A stretch of DNA of 64,000 bases from Histomonas meleagridis 2922-C6/04-290x (taxonomy: Eukaryota; Protista; Parabasalia), in assembly GCA_020184695.1 (NCBI GenBank), contig JAANOX010000232.1, forward strand, positions 1 to 64,000. Reading direction: 5' to 3'. Shown piece by piece: positions 53,799 through 64,000 of this stretch. Both the position numbers and the translations under genes were made by a program. The notes under the pieces are model-generated. The model was not told the origin of the DNA and did no database searches. It worked only from the letters and a program-made list of their open reading frames with translations. The stretch's first letter is position 1. Every line of letters starts with the position of its first letter.

Positions 53799-55124
53799 TC
53801 GTTTGTGGACTACGGTTACAAAATTGTATGCTTTATATCAAATTTGACTACAAACAAATATAAAAAAGTGTTAAATAATAAATCGATCCACTTCAAAATG
53901 GTTTTCTTATTCAAACATCATTACGAAACTTTTTATAACATAATAACTTGAAACAATTCCTTCTGTTTCCATGCACAATATTTGTTATTAACAAGAAAAA
54001 ATATTATTCTTAAAATTAGATGAATAGAACTTATGGATAACTAATAAAAATAAAAAACAGTTAAATATTTATTTATATATTAGGATTTGTAAAAATGTAA
54101 TAGAACGATTTTTTCATCTTATTTTATTATAAAATTTAATTATCTGTCATATTTTATCAAAAATCTGAATATTCCAATAAATAAAAAGTACATCATATGG
54201 AAGATATATTGTTTCTTTTTAATCGTAAGTATTGCATTCAACCACCGAGATTTCTTGGGAAAAAATAAATTTCCGGGGAGACCGTTTATACCGCATCCTT
54301 GAAAAAAGAGAATAATAAGATAAGAAAAAAATTATGAGAAGAGAAAAAGAAAAAAATTGATAAAAAATGAATCAAATCATGATATGGAAGCTTGCTGGTT
54401 GACGTGATATAGTAAAAAATGGCCAGCGCGAAGGACAAGAAAGAAAAAGTGCATGAGTAAATCATTTAATCTGAAACTTTTCCTAATAATAAAGTTTTCA
54501 ATATTGAATGACGATACATGTAAAGAATAAACATCAGAAAAAATAACCGAAATTTCCTAGGAAAAACTGGGAGCCGCTCCGATAGATAAAATTGAACGAT
54601 TATTTTTGAAAAGAAATAACGGTTAGAGTGTCAACCTTCTGCTTTGTCATATATTAATATATAAATGTTTTGTTGACAAAATTATTTATCAAAATAATGC
54701 ATATATATATACATATATATACACATTTATGATTAATATTATTGCAATAGTGATAATTATGGTAACAAATATAATTAACCTCATTTTGTATTTGGAATAT
54801 ATTTATTACGTGAAAATATGAATATTTTTTGGTATAAAATCAAAATATTTTGATACAAAAGTCATAAATTTTTCTTGGACCTTAATTTTTCATTAAAAAT
54901 AAAAATGCAAATATAATGTGTTATATTTTATTCATGATTAGTTGACATCATAAATATATACCTCAGAACAATCTATTTTTTTAAATAACGTAAGATTATT
55001 TCTTTGCCACTTCTATGCCCATTTACTTCTTTTCTTTTGTGATTTTGATTGTTTACTATTATTCGGATCATTATTGAATCTATTCATTATTGATATATGA
55101 TATTTTAATAAATTTCATTTCTAA

Positions 55125-55973
55125 TTATATAAAATAAACATCTTTTTCATCAACTTCTATTCCCTCTTGTTCAAGAAGTAAATTTACAATTTCATGATGA
55201 CACATCCTTGATGCAATCATAAGTGCTGTTTCATATAATATAAATCTATACCTAATATCAAATTTAAACATAAAATAAATTAAAGTAAACATGAAATCAA
55301 CAAATTTCAATATTTCTTGCATTAATATCGATATTTTTTCTTTCAAGAAGCTTTTTAACTATGTCAATATTAGTTCCACAAGCAAACATAAGTGGTGTAA
55401 ACAATATTTTATATAAATTTCAATTAGTCTTGTAAAACATAAACATCATATTAAATTAAAAAATAGTTTTTGCATTTACATCAAAACCTTCATGATCAAG
55501 TATTAAATTAACAATTTCAAGGTTACCAGAATCACATGCAATAGAAAAAGGAGTTTCATTTTATTTAAGGAAATTTCATAAAAGGAAATAAAACAACAAA
55601 ACATTAAAAATTATAGAATTGCTAGCATTAACATCAATTCCATCACATTCAAGAAGAAATTTTGCAACTTCGTTATGCTTATTTTTAATTGCTAATGTAA
55701 GTGCAGTCCCTAATAATGATTTAAAACACGAAATTATCTCAAAAAATATTTTCTAGATTAACATTAATTCCTTTTTGTTTCAGAAGAATTTTAACAATAT
55801 CAATGTGACCATTTTCTGCTGCAATCATTAGTGGTGTCTGAAGTGATTTAAGTAAACATTATAAGCCAATAATATAAAAAAACATTATTTAATGATTTTT
55901 GTATTTTATCTTGTTTTAATAATAATTCAAATATTTCAGTATAACCATATTTTGCTGCTATCATAATCGGTGT
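55125..55973 (-). other. Locus D tail: six intact ankyrin-repeat segments separated by frame-breaking spacers
   Basis: TPIM.., TPLM.., TALT.., TPFSIACDSGN, TPLMFACG, TALMIASRMCH; preceding spacers are 46, 46, 40, 63, 66 and 82 nt. Confidence 0.85.
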
Positions 55974-55992
55974 AAGTTTTTCAAATCTTTTT

Positions 55993-57216
55993 TTAAAACA
56001 TTAAATCATATATTAAAATGTCTTTCGTGGTTAGTTGAACATTTTTTTGTTCAAGAACATATTTAACAAGTTCAATATTTCCTGATTTTACTGAAGCATT
56101 TAAAATTTTCATTGGATTGCTTTTGTTTTCGAAAAAATATTTTACAAAATATGTATTTCCATGTTTTGCAAATTCACATATTAAATTTACAGGAATCTTT
56201 TTAGATGATGATAAAATAGAGAAAAGTTCGAAATTATTGTTTTGGATACACATCATTTTGTACAGCTCTTCATTTTTCTTAAATATTTTTTTCTTGTTTT
56301 CATAATAATAATTAAAAACATCATACTTATGAAATTCAATTGCTGTTTCAAATTCATTTTGAAATAATACATGATTTTGTTCACATAAATGAATTATCTC
56401 TAAGTTTCCACCTGCAATTGCATATTTGCCTGTGGTTATTACATTTGCACCATTCATAAGTAAATATTTAAAACATTTAATTGATCCAAAGAATGCTGCA
56501 TAATCAATTAATCTAACATAATGGTTAATAAATGAAAATCGTTCATAAAGTGATGGTTCAATTGTTTGGTTAAAATTGAAATTTGTTTGTGATGATATTT
56601 CTTGAAGTTTTTCGATTTCATCATTTCGAATGATTTTTGAGATTTCATTTGGATTAACTCCTTCTTTAATTAATTGTTTATGAAGTTCCCAATCATTCTT
56701 TGATAGTTTATCAAAATCTTTGTAGAATGCTTGAAATGGATCATCATCATAATCATAATCATCGGTTTGACTTTCTTCATACTTCTGATAATTATCAATC
56801 TTCTTATCAATTTCTGTTTTGTCTTTATAATGAATAAAATATAAGCTTTGTATATTTCGAACAAAATTGGTGTCAATTAAATCATATTCAAGAAGTTTTT
56901 CAAGAAAATAATATGATTCTTGACTTTTTTGTTCAAGAAGATATTGACTTAAAATATCAAATATTTTAAAATTATTTTCTTCGAATTTTTCAATAAATTT
57001 CAAATATGAAATATATATATTCGGTTCTCCTTTCATCGATTTAAAAGCTGAATATATTAACATACAAATAACTAAATCGAAAGAATATGGAAAATCTTTA
57101 TCAAATAAATCTTTTGTTTCTTGAACTTGTTTTTCAATATTTGAATCATTTAATTCAAAAATTATATTTTCAAGTTGATGAGGAAGTATTTTATCGAATG
57201 ATTTGTTGGAATTCAT
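55993..57216 (-). CDS. DUF3447-ankyrin protein, locus D (tandem paralog of C)
   Basis: First ~138 aa identical to locus C. The ATG equivalent to that of C is at 57216; an in-frame upstream ATG exists at 57288. Confidence 0.8.
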   Translation of the reverse strand: MNSNKSFDKILPHQLENIIFELNDSNIEKQVQETKDLFDKDFPYSFDLVICMLIYSAFKSMKGEPNIYISYLKFIEKFEENNFKIFDILSQYLLEQKSQESYYFLEKLLEYDLIDTNFVRNIQSLYFIHYKDKTEIDKKIDNYQKYEESQTDDYDYDDDPFQAFYKDFDKLSKNDWELHKQLIKEGVNPNEISKIIRNDEIEKLQEISSQTNFNFNQTIEPSLYERFSFINHYVRLIDYAAFFGSIKCFKYLLMNGANVITTGKYAIAGGNLEIIHLCEQNHVLFQNEFETAIEFHKYDVFNYYYENKKKIFKKNEELYKMMCIQNNNFELFSILSSSKKIPVNLICEFAKHGNTYFVKYFFENKSNPMKILNASVKSGNIELVKYVLEQKNVQLTTKDILIYDLMF

Positions 57217-57399
57217 TTGCTTGTGGTCTGTTTTATAAATGATTAAAAACAACAGAAAAAGATCATATTCACAACTTTTTAAATGCACCCAAAATTGTAT
57301 ACTTTATATCGAAAATATAAACGTGCATCATTCCCATTCAAATCCTTTTAAGGTAATCAGTCGCGTGTGATTTTTGAAGCAATAACATCCTTAAAAATC

Positions 57400-58840
57400 A
57401 TCAGAGAATGATGAACAAGCTACAACGAGAAATCATGATATTGCAATTCTGATTGAAGAAACTGCAAAAAATTGTTATGTTCCTGAAGTTGAATCTCGAG
57501 ATCGTACGATTTCATATTTACATTTTTGTATATCAAATCATTACCAGAAGAATCCAACAATATTTGAAAGGGATTCAGTATTGGAAATGATTGAGGTGGG
57601 GAGTGTTATATATTCATATCACCAACTTGTTTATACAAAAGAAAAATCAGACTTTAATGGTGTGCGTGTTGTTGCCAAATGTGAAAAGAAAAGATGGTAG
57701 TTCCAACAGTTGACTAATTCAAGAAAATTCAAAATGATGAACAGCCAGAAGGTATTTACTGGAAATGGAAGAATCTGAAGCTGCTACAAAGTGGAATGCA
57801 CAAGTTGGATGAAAACAACTAACTCAGCTGAGTTTTGTGAGTTTAAATTGGCATTGATATAGTTTTGTTTTGATGAAACAATGATTATTGATTGCGTAAC
57901 CCATAAAATTCAATTTCTGTTTAATATATACCTTATAATAATATTATTGATTTTACATATTAACATAATATATGCATTTCGACAATTCTTAAGTTATGAA
58001 AATTATTTGCCTTCATTTTGTGATTTTACATTGGATATGATATAATCGATTATATCATTTCTTAGTTAATGATTCAAATTGTGTTATTGCACTTGTAACC
58101 ATACTCGATGACAAAGAAGATCCATGGAGCATCTTAAGAGGCATTAAGCCAATAAAAGAGCATCCACAATTTCAGTAACAGGGAGTGAATGGAACAATGC
58201 ATTTGTTGTCAGCCGCCGCTCAATTGATTTTCAATGAAATGATATATCAAAAATTTTCGCTTTTGGATTCACTTGCCACAATGACATCATCACTTCGCCA
58301 ACTCCGAAATAGTGTATATAATGCTGCTACAATTAATTACACAATTGAAAACCCATTAACAGATCATTTCTTAAAGTCCTTCTCTAAGACTCATAGACAT
58401 TAACAGAATTAGTTAAAGAAAATTCACCATGATGAAAAGTTTAATAATCGCTGCTACATTCACATCCAATAACATCTTAGTATCAGGAAAGAAAACACGT
58501 TGATGAATTCGCATGATCTGTCATCAACTTACCATCGTATGCGGTATCGATCATAGCGTAACATTAGCTTTTGTTACTCCATTCTCGAACAAAGGAAATC
58601 AATATCAGCTAAGACTGGATACCAATTAGTATTCAGATGCCAAGGAACTGAAGAAGAAAAAGCACGCAGATGCTTCGCTGGAATTAGGAAGTTCATTGAA
58701 CTTAAGGATATCATACAAACTGAAAAGGTATCAAATTGGGAAGGCGCTAAGATGGACATCGCATCTATTGGCGGAATACCATTTGAATTCAGATGTTCAT
58801 TTGGCGAAGGAAACGCTTTTGCTAGTGAAATGCAATAAAG
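57400..58840. pseudogene. Unidentified, decayed coding remnants
   Basis: GC-richer, codon-like patches at about 57400-57850 (+), 58050-58400 and 58557-58838 (+, ~93 open codons: KTGYQLVFRCQGTEEEKARRCFAGIRKF..GGIPFEFRCSFGEG). Confidence 0.3.
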
Positions 58841-59266
58841 AAAAGATAATTTTGCTATTGCGTTCTCCAGGCTTTTGTTAAAATTACAAAAGCCCATGAA
58901 ACTTTCTGTTAGGATTCAAAAAAAGAAAAAAACATCGAATTATTACACTAGGTGTTGAAAGTCAGAATTCATAACTAAAAAACAATTACAAATGATTAAT
59001 TGAAAGCTGCTTTGAATTTATAAAGATGTTCTAGCACTTGTTAGATGATTCACATTACTTTAGTTGATATTATATATTAAGATAATTAGTTAATCATAAT
59101 GTACACAAGTGGTTTTATTTTTGCCTATAAACAGTGGTGAAGGCGCTTTTTTATCTAAAATTTCCAAAATTTTCACCTGGCCAATAGTTGTTGAGGTTAT
59201 TTGGCAGTTTTTTCAGAGCAGCAAAACTTTTTGAGTCAAAATCTAGACCAATTTCCATTTGGATAA

Positions 59267-60613
59267 ATGTCTTCTAAACAAATCAGATGGCTTCGCCAAC
59301 AGATGCAAAAAGGAAAGAAAAAGCAAGAAGAAAATATAGATGATATTGATCCAATCGATGTTGATTCTCCGAATGTAGATTTTTCCGTTTTCAAAAATGA
59401 GGAAGAGGATATGGCAGAACCACCAGCACCTGTTGCTGCTCCACCTCCACCTGCACCAAAGCGACAAAATAAAAAAAAGAAGAAGGATGATAACTTTGAT
59501 GAAGAAAGCGAGTATTCAGCTTTACTTCAAATTGCATCCGAAAACAAAAAACGCGAAGCAGAAGCGAACGCTGCTAAATCAGATTCCAATGAATTTGACA
59601 TGCGTTCACTTAATTTTATATCAGAGCTCAAAACTATCATTGGAGCCACTACATTTGATGCCTGCCTTAAGCTACCCAAATCTGCTTCAGACATCAGATT
59701 TATATCCAAACTTAAGAAATGGCCGAATCGCATTCCACAATTTTATCATCTTGAGCCTCAAAATAATGATTTCCTCGTTCAACTAACTGAATATGGGGAA
59801 CAACAAACTTCCGTATATACAGCGCTTTCTAGGATCAACGACGCGCAAGGCTTGCTTCAGCTCGCATTAAGTTCACCGTTTTCTCCGCCACTTTTGCCTA
59901 TCGTCTGTCAGACGAAACTTTTTGATAGGGACTTTGAGTATGCAACAGAAATCGCTCTGCGCGGTCTCTACATTCTCCAACAGAGCCTCCCACAGACGTT
60001 TGTCCCTGGCAAATCAAAACTTCTTCCATCAAATGGCCGGGATCAGTTTCTCGACTTAATTGCATTTATTGCCAGATTTGCTTTCCGTAGAAGTTGCTTC
60101 AAATCTTCTCTTTCTTTGTGGAAGTTTGGCCTTATGATTACAGATGACGACCCAAGAAATTTCCTTCTTCTATCTGCAATTCCTGCTTTATATGCAGGCG
60201 ACCAGAAGTTTATTCAAGATATGCTTGACTCAGATATCAAGTGGAGAGGTATTCCAATCCGATTTATACCTGATTATGGAATCGTCAATGCATTATTGAA
60301 ATTGCCAAATGACATTACAGCACTTGCGAACGAAATGGCAAAGTGGCCGTTCTTCTTTGAAGACGTAGGAATGACAACAGAGTTTGTTCCAACTCAATTC
60401 TTATCAACACTCGGATCTGCAATGAGAAGAAGAATTGCAAAATTCCTCGAGAACCCAGAGCTGGAATCTGTGCTCGAAACAGCTGCAACAATTGCAATCG
60501 ATTTGGATATGAAAAATAAAATTGAAGTCGAATTGCAACATTGGAATAACGTACAAACAGATGACGTCGAAGCTGCAGACTTTGTCGAAGAATTTGTTAT
60601 GCCAACAGGCTGA
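59267..60613 (+). CDS. TCF25: Ribosome quality-control factor TCF25/Rqc1-like
   Basis: MSSKQIRWLRQQ start (cf. MSSRALRRL), acidic/basic N-terminus, and a FRRSCFKSSLSLWKFGL..DDDP..FLL block. Confidence 0.7.
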   Translation: MSSKQIRWLRQQMQKGKKKQEENIDDIDPIDVDSPNVDFSVFKNEEEDMAEPPAPVAAPPPPAPKRQNKKKKKDDNFDEESEYSALLQIASENKKREAEANAAKSDSNEFDMRSLNFISELKTIIGATTFDACLKLPKSASDIRFISKLKKWPNRIPQFYHLEPQNNDFLVQLTEYGEQQTSVYTALSRINDAQGLLQLALSSPFSPPLLPIVCQTKLFDRDFEYATEIALRGLYILQQSLPQTFVPGKSKLLPSNGRDQFLDLIAFIARFAFRRSCFKSSLSLWKFGLMITDDDPRNFLLLSAIPALYAGDQKFIQDMLDSDIKWRGIPIRFIPDYGIVNALLKLPNDITALANEMAKWPFFFEDVGMTTEFVPTQFLSTLGSAMRRRIAKFLENPELESVLETAATIAIDLDMKNKIEVELQHWNNVQTDDVEAADFVEEFVMPTG

Positions 60614-60986
60614 GTTGTGGATATTCAATAAAGTTTTATAGAATTCATCGAATATTTTTTTTTAGTTCTAAGAAACTATTTGCTTGAAATATCAAACGTT
60701 TGGAATTAGTTGTTGCATAGCATTTGAATTTGCAATTACGTTTATTGATTTGCATCCCATCATGAGATATTTTTAAAGCCAAATATGAAATAAAAGATCA
60801 CAGTAATCCTTCTTAATGAGAAATAAATAGGAAATATGAAAATAAATAGTAATCTGTATGAATATATCATGAAATAATTACTTAATTATTTTAACAGTTT
60901 ATCACAAGAGAAAAAAGTAAAAACAAATGAATTTTCCTAATGCATTTGTGTAAACCTTATTTTATTGATATTGTAATGAAATGAAA

Positions 60987-61235
60987 TTATTGCATAACGT
61001 AGCGTTTTAATGCTTCTTTAACATTACCTTCGGTGCTTTGGATCAATTCTATTGCAGCTGCTCTGGTTAAATGAGTTGCGTTCATAAACATTGTTAAATC
61101 TGAGCTTTTAATTACAATTTCTGGTTTCTTCTCTTCTGTGTCTTCTTGGAGTGACTTAATAGCATCAGCTGCTCGCACGTCAGTCTCAAGATGATCATTA
61201 TTAATTAAGGAAGCTTGATGTACTTGAACAGACAT
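60987..61235 (-). CDS. HYPK: HYPK-like protein (C-terminal UBA-like domain)
   Basis: IVIKSSDLTMFMNATHLTRAAAIELIQSTEGNVKEAL resembles the HYPK C-terminus; likely start MSVQ at 61235. Confidence 0.65.
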   Translation of the reverse strand: MSVQVHQASLINNDHLETDVRAADAIKSLQEDTEEKKPEIVIKSSDLTMFMNATHLTRAAAIELIQSTEGNVKEALKRYVMQ

Positions 61236-61301
61236 TAAACTGGTCCAAAAGGAAAGCGCACGTTTAATTGCATAACCAAATTTCATTTCACATGTCAAAA
61301 A

Positions 61302-63041
61302 ATGAATAACCAAGAGATTCCATCTCATTATTTTTTAATTTTAATCGATAACACTGCTTTAATGAATCGTACTGATTCAAATGGTTTTCCGTATGTGTCG
61401 TTCGGGAAATCTGTAATTCAAATTCTTCAATTATTTAATGAAGCAAGAGGGCAATCAACAGGAAAATATAAATGCGCTATCTACTATTGTTTTAGCGATG
61501 ATAATGGTAAGCCTGCGTTTCGGCAAACACCAGGAAATCGCGACTATCAGAACATTAAAATTTCGCCTATTGGTAATTTCAATGATACTGTTAAGGAAGG
61601 TTTATTCTCGTTTAATCGCATTCGATATGAGCTTTTAAAGCGAGACACAACTGATTCCTTTTACCAACAGAAAGCTAAAACGCCCACTTTTTTAGTGTTA
61701 TTTTTCAGCAATTTCGATACTCTTGATCCCTCTTTCTATCAAGAAACATTTATTAATGAATATGCATTTCGTCCTGATGAATATATTTTATTTTTTCATA
61801 TATGTGGTCAAGATCAAACATCAAAAATTGCCAGAAAATATCATGAAGCTATGTCAAATCTTGACATAGAAATTATCCCTACGACTCATGCTTACCATAA
61901 TTATCTCACTGTTGTTAATCAATCACCTTCTCGTCCACCAATTTTCCATTTCATCATTGATAACGGTTACCAATTAATCAAATGCTCACTTTCAACACAA
62001 TCATCAACATATTGGCCTCTTCCATATGATTATCATACTGATGGTTCTGTTTTTGCTTGTAATTCTATACCTTTATACAAACTTCAACCAGCTTCTTCTC
62101 ACATCGATACAAAAACACTGAAATTCGACGGTTATTACATCAAATTAAGTGCACCGATAGAAATAGGCGAATACGTTCTATCGTTCTCTAATTCACCAAC
62201 GTCACTTTTTGCCATTTTAACCGTAAACGATAAACATGTTGCAGAACTTAAAGTTCTTCCTTATAACTTTCCAGAACTTTTAGACACTCTTCCTACTCCA
62301 GCACGTAGTGACTTAGATAAATATCTTGGAAAACTTCCACTTGACTATATTGGTTATGTTACTAAATATTTTCAAGAATGTCATTTCTCATATAATGAAG
62401 ACTTCGATAAACAAAAAAATATTGTCAAAGAGCAACGAGCCAAAGAGAAAGTTGATTTATACAAACTTCATCGACAACAAATTTCAGAGTATTTATTACT
62501 TCCACAACTTGATCATAAAAAGATTAGCACGCCAACGTTGTCAACCATCTTTTCGGAAATTCCGAAAGTTCATAATTATGAAACCCTTACTCCAAAACGT
62601 ACATTTATTAAACTTAATAGTGATACATTTGATGATATTGGGTTCGTATCATTAGAAATGGTACGCTCGAAAGTTAAACCACCGACTATCTATAGCAAAA
62701 TCAGTTCTTCTGTAACTGATGAATTTCTTAATTCTTTACTTCCGAAAGAAGAGGAAGAAGAAAAGCGCGTAGAAATCGAGACAAAGATCGAGCGACAAAT
62801 CGAGGCCATATCTGACGGATTAAAGGTGGAAACAGATGAAAGCGATAGCATTTCAATGTTAGAAGATTTGTTAATATTATTACGAGAAAGGTGTATAAAC
62901 GAATTAGAAATGAACTTAAGAAGACTGGAAACGAATAATGAATTATATGATTTCATAAAACAGTTCTTGCTGAAGGCAATCGATAGATTCCAATTAGAAA
63001 GTGTACTTCCTGAAAAATTTGTAGAAGAGTTAAAACAATAA
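61302..63041 (+). CDS. INTS6: Integrator complex subunit 6-like vWA protein
   Basis: FLILIDNTALMN....GFPY..FGKS.I (vWA N-terminus), YWPLP, LKVLPYNFPELL and YL.KLP..Y match INTS6 blocks. Confidence 0.7.
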   Translation: MNNQEIPSHYFLILIDNTALMNRTDSNGFPYVSFGKSVIQILQLFNEARGQSTGKYKCAIYYCFSDDNGKPAFRQTPGNRDYQNIKISPIGNFNDTVKEGLFSFNRIRYELLKRDTTDSFYQQKAKTPTFLVLFFSNFDTLDPSFYQETFINEYAFRPDEYILFFHICGQDQTSKIARKYHEAMSNLDIEIIPTTHAYHNYLTVVNQSPSRPPIFHFIIDNGYQLIKCSLSTQSSTYWPLPYDYHTDGSVFACNSIPLYKLQPASSHIDTKTLKFDGYYIKLSAPIEIGEYVLSFSNSPTSLFAILTVNDKHVAELKVLPYNFPELLDTLPTPARSDLDKYLGKLPLDYIGYVTKYFQECHFSYNEDFDKQKNIVKEQRAKEKVDLYKLHRQQISEYLLLPQLDHKKISTPTLSTIFSEIPKVHNYETLTPKRTFIKLNSDTFDDIGFVSLEMVRSKVKPPTIYSKISSSVTDEFLNSLLPKEEEEEKRVEIETKIERQIEAISDGLKVETDESDSISMLEDLLILLRERCINELEMNLRRLETNNELYDFIKQFLLKAIDRFQLESVLPEKFVEELKQ

Positions 63042-63305
63042 ATAAAATTGTGTTTGTTTGCTCAAACTTGTTTTTAATGTAAAACCAAAAATGAACAAAT
63101 TTCAAATTCAAATTTGGAAAATTAATTTTTATAAAAATTATGATCTAACACTGTTGTGTACATTATGATTTTGCTATAAATGTTTTGTTGCTGTTTCATG
63201 TTGTTGCTTTAAACTGAAAATGCAAATTTATTCGGTATAAATTTGAATGGTTTACTTACATAATTGTGATGGAGGCATCAATTAGTTTGATGTGCTGACG
63301 AGAAT

Positions 63306-63971
63306 TTGTACCTCATGGAAACTGATGATAAAGCAGAGCCTCCGCGTCGTGGTTCAAGGACTAGACATAGTAATGAAATTAGGCATTCTAAAGCGAGTAT
63401 TTGGACACAAGAAGAGGATTTTCGACTTCTCTCGATTATGTCTGATCCTGCAATTTGTGGTAATAAATGGACTGAGATAGCTAAATTATTCCCGAATAAA
63501 TTACCAAAGCAAGTATCAGAAAGGTGGAGGAATGTTCTAAATCCAAAGATTCGAAAAGGAACATGGACACCAGAAGAAGATTCATTTATAATTCAATGGG
63601 TTAAAGAACAAGGAACTAAGAATTGGGAAAAATGCGCAGCACAAATTGGGAATCGGACAGGAAAACAATGTCGTGAGCGATGGGTAAATCAACTTAGTAA
63701 TTCAAACAGGAAATGGACATTTGAAGAAGACGAACAGCTTATTAAGCTGATGGAAACTTATGGGAAAAAATGGAAAGTTATTGCTGGTGAAATAGGTCGA
63801 AGTGAGAACCAAGTAAAGAATCGATGGCATTCAACACTAAGAAGAAGAATAGAGAGAACTCCGAATGTACATGAACCATTGATGGAATCTCCAAAAGGAA
63901 AAAAGAAACAGAGTTTGAATCCAAATGAAATTGTTGATGTGAAAAACTTAATGAATAATCATTCAAAGTGA
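63306..63971 (+). CDS. Three-repeat Myb transcription factor
   Basis: WTQEED..W..IA..KQ..ERW, WTPEED..W..KQCRERW and WTFEED..W..IA..R.EN..KNRW. Confidence 0.92.
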   Translation: MYLMETDDKAEPPRRGSRTRHSNEIRHSKASIWTQEEDFRLLSIMSDPAICGNKWTEIAKLFPNKLPKQVSERWRNVLNPKIRKGTWTPEEDSFIIQWVKEQGTKNWEKCAAQIGNRTGKQCRERWVNQLSNSNRKWTFEEDEQLIKLMETYGKKWKVIAGEIGRSENQVKNRWHSTLRRRIERTPNVHEPLMESPKGKKKQSLNPNEIVDVKNLMNNHSK

Positions 63972-64000
63972 GAACGCTTCAACAATAGTTTGAAATGCAT

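Noticed and set aside
24954-57216. Stop-codon reassignment or readthrough as the explanation for the ankyrin spacers
   Set aside because: 14 of 18 spacers shift the frame, which readthrough cannot fix. Conserved genes in the window end normally at TAA or TGA.
24954-57216. Sequencing error as the cause of the spacers
   Set aside because: They are 40-100 nt insertions at one fixed position with a shared motif, not single-base indels. Very long AT-rich ORFs nearby are intact.
57803-57827. GT...ACTAACTCAG as a short trichomonad intron
   Set aside because: It only partially matches the consensus and lies in a decayed region with no gene model to restore.
2265-63966. Many short antisense or overlapping ORFs (for example 2265-2818, 9321-9683, 45080-45858, 58574-58897, 59527-59733)
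   Set aside because: They are antisense shadows of real coding or coding-like sequence and show no recognisable motifs.

Overview
AT-rich, apparently intron-poor eukaryotic DNA, most likely from a parabasalid flagellate (Tritrichomonas/Histomonas/Trichomonas-like). Support: trichomonad-type Inr and M3 promoter motifs, DUF3447-ankyrin genes, flagellar genes and short bidirectional intergenics. Intact housekeeping genes include CFAP58, a DNAH1-type dynein heavy chain, a TOR-like PIKK, ATG18, an Ariadne RBR ligase, a Rab, TMEM231, a C2 protein, TCF25/Rqc1, HYPK, INTS6 and a 3R-Myb. Two structures stand out. (1) A ~1.2-kb tandem array (3093-7464) alternates a Pol II gene for an MLF-like protein (4 copies, +) with identical 5S rRNA genes (3 copies, -). 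(2) Four minus-strand DUF3447-ankyrin loci carry ankyrin repeats with clean reading frames, each separated at the same structural position by an AT-rich 40-100 nt spacer. 17 of the 18 spacers break the frame or contain stops, and they lack consistent GT-AG ends. They are candidate non-canonical introns or a silent cassette system. Also seen: a ~1000-aa repeat insertion in the TOR FAT domain, a 272-bp MITE with an 8-bp TSD, a kinase-GTPase fusion pseudogene and a DUF3447/Hsp70 chimeric remnant. All family assignments come from motif recognition by eye, and spacer lengths were counted by hand. No database search was run.
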